From positions 18,044,001-18,104,000 of the forward strand of contig NW_024704742.1 of assembly GCF_018977255.1 (NCBI RefSeq): 60,000 nucleotides of DNA, read 5' to 3'. Positions 51,876-60,000 of this stretch are shown piece after piece. The DNA comes from Callorhinchus milii. Lineage: Eukaryota. The translations under genes and the position numbers were made by a program. The number at the start of each line of letters is the position of its first letter. The stretch's first letter is position 1. A model generated the notes under the pieces. The model saw only the letters and a program-made list of their open reading frames with translations. It did not search any database and had not been told where the DNA came from.

Positions 51876-52634
51876 CATGCTGTTGACAGCCCAGCCCAGC
51901 TAGATGTATCCATGAAGAGATCCAGCTCAGCAATTTGTTTGAGGCTATGCGGCGACACCAGATTCAACAAGGACATGTCATTCAAATCACTGACACAAGA
52001 ACTTTTTCCAAACTCAGTATTCAAGTGCTTTCCTGCCAGTTAGAGTGTACAAAACAGCTCCTTCCAGCAACAGGAAATGCTGACTAGGTTCCTGGGCATG
52101 AGATATCACTACTTAGACACAAAAACAAAACATTTTCTGCCACAATCGCTTTTCAAATGGCCAGGTTTCATGTGGTATTTAAAATCATATAAGGTTTAAA
52201 GCAATCTAGGAAAGTTATGAAACGTAAGCCTTGTCATGTTCTAAAATGGGCTGTACTCTGGTAATACCTTTACAGTTTAATAAGTTTTCAGGAAACATTC
52301 CTATATTAAGGAATGCAGGAAATTCATGTAAGCCATCTCTTATCAAGTAGAACTGCACCTTGTTTGGATAATGTGCATGTCTTTTGCAGGACTTTTTTAA
52401 CAACATGATTTTTTCAACTTTAGGTTATGGCTTTTTTTTAAAAAAATTTACATTTTCTAAACAATTTTCAAACCTATGAATTGGAGGCCAATGGCTAGAT
52501 GACTCTCTCTTTCCTTTCCCAAATAAGGAAACAAATGTATTTTAATATTCTGTGGCTATCTTTGCCAAAACAAATCCTGAAACTGAAGAAAAGTGCTACT
52601 GATTGATTTCTGCTCATTTACAAAATGAAATCTA

Positions 52635-52765
52635 CCATTCTAACCCAGTTTGATCTACACATGACTCCAGTCCCACACTAAGTGACTGCCTCTTGATACC
52701 CTGTGTAATGGTTTAGCAAGTCACTCAGTCTGAGCAACCAGGGGCAGGCAACAAATGCTGACCAT
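52635..52765 (+). mobile_element. Fragment of another old SINE-like repeat
   Basis: tgactccagtcccaca...tagcaagtcactcag...ggcaacaaatgctgacc resembles a common shark repeat 3' region; recalled from memory and needs a library search. Confidence 0.4.
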
Positions 52766-53018
52766 ATTCTGAGCTGAGTGAGTTCCAAAAAGTACAGTAA
52801 ACTCTGAATCATGTTGGGATGCTACATTGTGATAAGGAATTGTATTAAATGTAATTATTGTTATTACTACTACAATATGTTGTGCAGTAAATCTAATAAA
52901 TAGTCCCAGTGAGTTCTATCTATGACAAGAATATAAAATAATGGTTTTAGACTTACTCCCATGATTTTGGATATAAGTGTTTATTTCTGTCAATAATCAA
53001 CTTTGTCTTTGTTTTCAG

Positions 53019-53054
53019 GTTGCTTTGGTTAGTTAAATTGAACATGGTCAGAGG
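53019..53054 (+). other. Candidate 36-nt internal exon (contains ATG GTC AGA GG)
   Basis: Strong acceptor ctttgtctttgttttcag|G and donor AGG|GTAAGA in unique sequence. Confidence 0.35.
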
Positions 53055-53534
53055 GTAAGAGCAACAAGATCAACATTCAACTCTGGGTGCCGAGAGAGGT
53101 AGGAACCAACTGTTTTTTTCCATGTCATTTCTGTAAGCATTGCAAACTTTAGCAGAAAATGTTGAGAGTTTTCTCTTCTGTTTAGTTTCTCCTGTAGAGG
53201 CCACCACTCATCAACATGAGAAGTTGGCAGTGTCCTCCCAGACCTCTGCACATTGCATGTTTAAGCCGGTACTACAAAGTGTAAGAAGTAGCAGAATTAA
53301 CTTCTCCCACCCTTCTGTTGGTGATGCATCATTCTACAGGCACTGATATTGAATTTGGTGTAGTGTTTGATTAATTTGGTTTATTCATTCACAGGAGAGT
53401 GTCATCTATTACCTTCCATAAAGTTACTCAGCTACTGTCTTATAGTCTTACAGCAAGTGAGCGAGTTTTAAGACTGGATCATGCACCTTCACACAAATGT
53501 TATAAAATATTCATTTAAAGAGTTATCAGTGCAT

Positions 53535-53690
53535 ATGAACATAGGAACAGGAGTAGTCCATTTAGTCTGTCAAACTTATTCCACCATTTTATTAGCTCAT
53601 GGCTGATCTGCAATTAAATACCATTTCTCTGCCCTTTCACCACATCCTTTGATATCCCTGCCACCAAACATTAATCTACCTCTTAAATAT
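53535..53690 (-). mobile_element. CR1 3' terminus (similar at ~7820-7960)
   Basis: gaacataggaacaggagtagtccattt is the reverse complement of the CR1 tail at ~20660-20698. Confidence 0.8.
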
Positions 53691-55169
53691 TTCAAAAATC
53701 GAGTTTATAATGGAAGAACACTGCAATAGAAATCTATTCCATTTGTGAAGACGGCCTTAGTCATTTGTGAGTAATGAGGTATTTTACATCTATAGAAAAT
53801 GTGTAAATTTTCCAAAATATATGTGCATTGTCCATATAAATTCATAGAGAATACCAATGTGGAAGGCCAGTTCACCAGGAGAAATTCCCTTCTCTTTCAA
53901 ATAAACAGAAAATGAGCAGATGATAAAATAGAGGTAAGGATTACATAATCATTTGTTAGGATATTAATTTTATTGTTATATGCAGAGGATAATACATTAT
54001 GTGTGAAGAATGACAATTTGGCCTAAAAAACACATTAATGCAAGAGAGGTGTTGATCTTGTAAGCTATTTGAACTCATTGTTTCCATTTTAGTATCAAGT
54101 TTTCTCATTTTGTATCCTAGCCAAATAAATCCAATTCCTGGTCATTGTATTTATAACCTCACTTGGATGTCACTGAATTTGATAATAATTGTTGCAATAT
54201 TCCATTTCAATTTAAATGCAGTCTTTCCAGGTTAAAAAAATTGGTACAGGCTAAAAAAAGGACCTAAAATCAGGAATTTCAAGCATTTTAGACCTTGTTG
54301 CTTAGATTTTATTATAATATTAATAATCCTTGCATTTGATGTAACAAGTTATCACATTGTTGTAACATCACAAAGCACTTCATGGGTTTTTACTGTATTT
54401 GTTTTTACTGTGTATTTGTAGTGAAATACAAATATTGTCCCACAAGCTATCACTTTATCCTAAGACGTTTCTTATAATTCGATTGTAGAGTTTGTGGGTA
54501 AAAAAATTATGCGATGAGTGTTGGTCAATAAAGCTATCGCTGTGGAGCTTGTTGGCACTTTCTGACATGATACAAATTAATCTCATTCTCTCATCTATTT
54601 TTTTTCTTTCCTATCTTGCTTATTTTTTTCCCCTTTGATCTGTGTCCTTTAACTGTTTTTTTCTCTTTTTTTTACACATTTCTACTTCTTCCCTCAATTA
54701 ATCTCTTTCAGTTTGCTTTTTTGAAAACAAAAAAAAACATTCCCAGACTTTGCCTTTAGATCACCTTCCTCTGCAATTGAAAAAGCAGCTCTGGAAACTG
54801 TGGTATCCTGGGGTGATGGGCACAGCTCCCTCTCTCCAGCTAAAGGAAAGAGGATTCTTTTTGTTGACATAAAACAAACGCAGAACAAAAAATAATGTGC
54901 TTGACGACCTTGAATTTGTACCTTTTGTTTGAATTGGCAAATTCAATATCACAGAGTTCACCTCTCTGGAGTATAGTACATTTCACTAAACAAGGTCGGA
55001 ATCAATTTGCACTGACAACAGTATATTGCATGTAGCTTTAACTATACTTGTGACATTTAGATATAAAGATAAAATAACATCAAATGTTTTTAGATTCAGC
55101 TCAGATGGTGGTTGGGGTAGCACTCCTTCACAAGAGATAATAAAAGAAGTTTGGATGTAGAAAGTCCTT

Positions 55170-56050
55170 TGGTCCATTTGAGCTCACCCTTTCCAAAATA
55201 ATAATCCTTGCATTCAATACCCATTTTACCTTCCTCTGTTTCAAGCATCCAACTGTTTCTTAAATTACTGTCCTGTTCCAGTCATTGATTTCCCTCTGAG
55301 TGAAGAAACATCTTCTGGTATCTGTCCTGAAATTGTCCTTTGCAACTCTTAACCGTGTCCTCTTGTTCTGCCATCTTGTGTTTCTCAAATAATTGTTCTG
55401 GTTTTACTTTCTCAATCACATTTAAAATTTTGTATACCTGTGTAAAGTCACCTGTGAAACGTACTCTTTCAAAAGGACTAAAGAGCCATAGCTTGTCTAT
55501 TTGTTGCTTATTACTCATTTTTCTAACACTGGAGACTGTCCTCTCCCCTGCATCTAGGGTCTGGGTTAGACAACCCATATGTCGTGACAACCAGAAATGT
55601 ATGCAGTACTCCAGGTGCGACCTGGCCAGACTATTGTACAGTTTGAACATGAAGTCTCAAGATCTGAACTCCTCATAGCTTAATGGTTAGAGCTCTTGCC
55701 TCACAAGCAAGAGGACTTGGGTTTGATTCCCAGACAGGATGAAATATTTGGGCAATTTTCCTTACTCCACATGCCTCTGTTCACTTAGCTATAAGTAGGA
55801 ACCTGGTTGTTAGTTGATTGGCAGATTGTTTTTCTGGGAATAATAATCTCTTCAAAAAAATAATAATATGAAACAAATAATAATAATAATTTGGTCACTC
55901 AATCCATGACTGCCTGTACACAGTTGGCTGCCACATTTTGCCCACAAAATATACAGTCATATACTAAACTTTGCTATATATTCTGTGAAGCACTTTGAGA
56001 CATCTTGAAGACATGAAAACACGCTATATCAAATGCAAGGATTATTATTA
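55170..56050. mobile_element. CR1 fragment (-, 55170-55670) abutting a long-form family A SINE (+, 55672-56050)
   Basis: LYNSLARSHLEYCIHFW...GDFTQVYKILN; SINE A/B boxes and tail. Confidence 0.88.
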
Positions 56051-56229
56051 CATAGCCCAGCATCCTGTGTGCCCTACTTATTGTTTGGTTAGGGAGGGAG
56101 AAACTGACTAGAGTCCTTACTTTTGGTGGCAATTCAGTAATCCCTCTCGAAACACATATTTCGAGGACAGAAATTGGCTCTGCATTATTGCACGGGCTTT
56201 GTTTTCATTGATTGACTTTTCCACCACTG

Positions 56230-57150
56230 TCAACAACAACAACTTGCACTTATATAGCAGGGTAGCATCTCAGAGTGCTTAACAGTGGCTGAGCCTGACT
56301 CTGAGTCAGGGTGGGGAGGGGGCAGGTGGCAGTAAGCATGGTTAAAGAAGAAGGTTTTCAGGCAGGACTTAAAATGAGTGCCATGAGGTTTTCAGGTGAG
56401 TGCGATGTCCTTAGAAGGCACACTGCTCTCACAAAGACATGGTTGAGACAGACAATTCACCCAGTGAAAAATGGCAATCCACATGCTTATTTTACCCTAA
56501 TAATAATAATTCTTGCATTTGATACAGCGTCTTATCACGTCTTCTAGACGTCTCAAAGGGCTTCAGGGAATATACTGTAAAGTGAATTGACTGTAAAGTA
56601 TATTTTGTGGGCGAAACACGGCAGCCAATTGCTCCACAAACAGTGTCCCACAAACAGTCGTGGATTGAGTGACCAAATAATGATTATTATCATTGTATTT
56701 TGCAGGAATTATAGCTCCTACTAGCTTTCGTTCCTCTCTGTTGTACCCTCTCAGGCACAATTTCCTCATTCCCTCAGTTCCCTTGCTGATTTATTTTATC
56801 TTCTCTTTTTCTGACTGGATCAGCTAACTTTATTTTGCTGCTGATTTTGTCCTCCCACTGTTTCACATCTCTTTGCCATTCGGTTGTATTGTTCCCCTCT
56901 TTGTTTCACTGTAGCTACGACCCTTTTGTTCTTTCTCTTGATCTGTTGTTCTGCAGTCAGCACCACTTTAGTTTTGTTCTTGCAGTTGGTGTGGGGTGGG
57001 TGTGTGCCTCGGTTAGGCTTTCAACAACAACAACAACTTGGATTTATATAGCGCTCTCCACGCTGGGCGGTGTCTCAGAGCGCTTCACAGTAACGGATCC
57101 CGGGACCGAGCCAGGAAGAGGGGGAGGGGGAGGAAGGTGACCAAAGGCAG
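56230..57150 (-). mobile_element. LINE2 3' ends (56230-56390; 57020-57150) and a SINE A 3' half (56498-56690); another L2 end at ~59230-59350
   Basis: Tail and stem-loop motifs. Confidence 0.8.
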
Positions 57151-57656
57151 TTACTCACCTGAACACGAAAGCTATGCGGGACTGTCTGAAAGGATCGCAG
57201 GCAGAGAGGCAGCTGACGATGCTTTCAGCGCAAATGTAGGGAATAAGATTTTTGATCCCAGAGAGAGAGAGAGAGAGAGCAGTGTTCATTTATCTGGAAG
57301 AATAGGCTTGATCTTGAGTAAGGAATTCTCTCCCCACATTAAAGAGATTCCACAAAACCAAACCCCCCCACCCCCACCCCCCCAAAAAAAAACCACCTTT
57401 GCACCTTCTGCATCTAACACAAAATCCAGATGTTCAATCCTTTATTTCTGCCACAGAATGAAACAACTTTTGGAATCCAACTCTAAAGCGTTAAATGATT
57501 TAATCCACATTCCTCTCTTCAGGTTTATTTTGGAAGAGCCTTTAAACATGTAAATGGGGAAGGTGTGTCTGACCCACAGAGGTGCTCTGAGGAGGAAATG
57601 TACAGCTCCAAAAAGTGTGGAGGGGAAAAGCGTTCAGATGGAAGTTGTGTCCCCGA

Positions 57657-58071
57657 CCACTCCCCCCATCACTCCCCCCCCCCACTCCCCCCATTACTCC
57701 CCCCATCACTCCCCCCCCCCACTCCCCCCATCACTCCCCCCCCCACCACTCCCTCCCCCACTCCCCCCATCACTCCCCCCCCCACTCCCCCATCACTCCC
57801 CCCCCACTCCCCCATCACTCCCCCCCCCCACTCCCCCCATCACTCCCCCCCCATCACTCCCCCCCCCCACTCCCCCCATCACTCCCCCCCCACTCCCCCC
57901 ATCACTCCCCCCCACACTCCCCCCATCACTCCCCCCATACTCCCCCCCCCCCCACTCCCCCCACTCCCCCCCCCACTCCCCCATCACTCCCCCCCCCACT
58001 CCCCCCATCACTCCCCCCCCCACTCCCCCCATCCACTCCCCCCCCACTCCCCCCCACTCCCCCCCACTCCC
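57657..58071. repeat. C-rich minisatellite (CCACTCCCCCC / CATCACTCCCCCC); G-quadruplex potential on the minus strand
   Basis: Directly visible; explains the poly-Pro ORFs. A second C-rich tract lies at 58225-58305, followed by (CAG)n. Confidence 0.95.
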
Positions 58072-58456
58072 TGCGGAGCTGAGGTTGTTGGTGATTGATT
58101 AACCCTCTGGTGTTGGACTCGGGGAGAGCAGCCACTGGCGATGCTCCAAACAGCAGATTGTGTGGGTTTTTCCCGTAAGGTTTTACGTGTTTTAAAACTT
58201 TGCGTGTGTTTGTGGGTGAAACAACCCCTCCACCCCCCCTCCCCCCCCCCTCCCCCCCCACACCCCTCACCCCCACACCCCTCCCCCCCTCCCCCCCACA
58301 CCCCCAGCAGCAGCAGCAGTCAGGTCAGGGCAGAGTGGGCTCAGTTGAGTTCGCTTTGGCAGCATTTGTCCAGGAACAAGTGACAGAGACGAGAAGTTGC
58401 GCACACACTTGTGGGAGAGGGAGGAAACTGCTCAGCGCTGAGCTGCGAGGGCCAGA

Positions 58457-58621
58457 CTGGGCTGTGCTGGGCTGAGCTGTGTTGGGCTGTGCTGGGCTGT
58501 GCTGTGCTGAGCTGTGCTGGGCTGTGCTGAGTTGGGCTGTGCTGTGCTGAGCTGTGCTGTGCTGGGCTGTGCTGGGCTGAGCTGTGCTGGGCTGAGCTGA
58601 GCTGTGCTGAGCTGAGCTGTG
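58457..58621 (+). repeat. Pentamer array (GCTGG/GCTGT/GCTGA)n
   Basis: About 33 units directly visible. Confidence 0.95.
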
Positions 58622-58660
58622 AGAGCCGGGGGGGGGGGGGGTGATCGAGTCCCCGGGCAG

Positions 58661-58925
58661 ATGATGGAGAGTGGGGGTCAGGGCGATGCTCCTGGTGTGG
58701 GAGAGTTCCCCTTGTACACCATCGAGGAGGAGAGATCCAGCCTGATCTCTGTCAGCAGCGCCCGGGATCGCTGCTTGGAAAGCGCCCAGGAACAGGAGGA
58801 GGAGGAGGAGGAGGAGGAGGATGGATCAGGTCACTCCTTGCAAAGCAATTCCTCTGGTGAGGAGAAACTCCAGGAAAATGCAACCACAGGAGACAGCAAC
58901 ACATTCGTGGTGGCAGATTGCAATG
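58661..58925 (+). CDS. Probable first coding exon (possibly an alternative first exon) of an unidentified gene; acidic, disordered N-terminus MMESGGQGDAPGVGEFPLYTIEEERSSLIS...EEEEEEEEDGSG...VVADCN
   Basis: ATGATGG gives a strong Kozak context for the second ATG. There are 88 open non-repeat codons with a (GAG)n poly-Glu run, ending at ATG|GTAACA (phase 1). An alternative donor CTG|GTGAGG after 58856 is also phase 1. The upstream region is GC-rich and promoter-like. Confidence 0.7.
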
Positions 58926-59982
58926 GTAACACTCATGTTTTTTAATCCCCCCCCACGCACACATACACACACAAACCCTTGGAGTATTTATTTATTTGAT
59001 TTCCTCCCTGTTTTGAAAGGGTAAACATACCTTTTGTGCAGTGGGAGTATTTTAAGTTTAATGATTTGTGGGAGCAAACCTGTGTGTTTCCAACGATAAC
59101 TTTGTTTTACCACTTTAAAATGTAATCTTCTTGTTGTTGTTGTTGTTAAAGGTTATTCTTTGAACTGTTAAAATAACATGTTTGGTGGTGATAGATTTCC
59201 ACCTGGGCCAGTGACCAGGCTGACCACGACATCATCAACAGCAAATTACACGAGTATAGCGCCCTTCACGTCGGAAAGACGTCCCGGGGAGCTGGACAGT
59301 CGTGGGATTTTCGGACCCGAGCTGGGAGTTGGGGTCAGGGCAGGGGGCGTAACACAAAACAAGTGTCATAGATGCAAACCAATGCGGAGAATGACTGCAG
59401 CACTCTCTGGAGTCCCGAAGTCTTGGCTCTTGGCAACCTGCGCCTAATACTTTCCGGAATTAGGTAAACAGGATGTGTCCCTCCGGGGAGAGAAAGCACA
59501 TCCCGTTGCAACAATCCATCCCTGGAATTTCCGTGCGTGGGTGGGAGGCATGGAGTTCTCTGGTTTGGATAATCATGAATGTGGTAATGGGTTTCCGCAT
59601 GTGTCAGACACCCAGCTGACCAAATACAAGTATGTACTAATTACCATGTGTTGTATATTTCTCCCCCTCCGCCAACACATGCTCAGCAATAGAATTATGG
59701 TTGGTCGTCAAGACTGTAATACGATTGTAATAGAACTTTATAGGATGAGATTATATCCCAAAACGTTGTGATCACTCCAGTTTTGTGTATTTGTATTTAT
59801 CCTGTAAACATTCCTGTATATATGAACACACATGCTAAGGGTAGGAACTGTTTGGATATAAACATATTTTTATTGGGTGTGTATCAGGCAGACAGACATC
59901 TAAAGTGAAAGATAAGGTAAAGATCCACCTGTTATCACATCAAATGGACTCTGCTCTGGATTTGGAGTTAGAAAAACATGGT

Positions 59983-60000
59983 TGTGGAGTCTTGTAGCTT
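59983..60000 (+). mobile_element. Start of a family A SINE running off the window
   Basis: gtggagtcttgtagct matches the starts at 3435 and 12493. Confidence 0.7.

Larger units (their letters stand above)
57020..59420 (+). promoter_or_regulatory. Second promoter-like GC-rich region upstream of and around the 58661 exon
   Basis: GC and CpG are elevated, with C-rich tracts, a pentamer array and a G14 run directly before the ATG. Confidence 0.55.

Noticed and set aside
57554..58301. Poly-Pro/His and poly-Gly ORFs
   Set aside because: All frames are open because of the C-rich minisatellite.

Overview
This is vertebrate genomic DNA, inferred from its repeat families to be cartilaginous fish and probably holocephalan (elephant-shark-like). 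It is mostly intronic or intergenic and heavily filled with retroposons. These include two tRNA-derived SINE families: family A has a tRNA head, a Meta/CORE-like box, the 3' end of the Deu domain and an L2-type tail, and family B is an older full Deu-domain SINE. There are also many 5'-truncated LINE2 and CR1 fragments and a probable hAT relic. Nearly all listed ORFs are repeat-derived or chance. A CpG island at ~30.4-33.5 kb looks like a bidirectional promoter. On the minus strand it has a candidate first coding exon (ATG AGT ACC AGT G|GTGAGT, 31621-31609), and it is flanked by tandem-repeat arrays and a perfect 26-bp hairpin. A second promoter-like region at ~57-59.4 kb precedes a plus-strand acidic first coding exon (58661-58925). 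I cannot name either gene. I found no convincing novel multi-gene system. The best leads are structural: the perfect hairpin, a head-to-head LINE2 foldback, covarying 3' stem-loops, a switch-region-like pentamer array and a chimeric SINE. Repeat boundaries were read by eye and are approximate.
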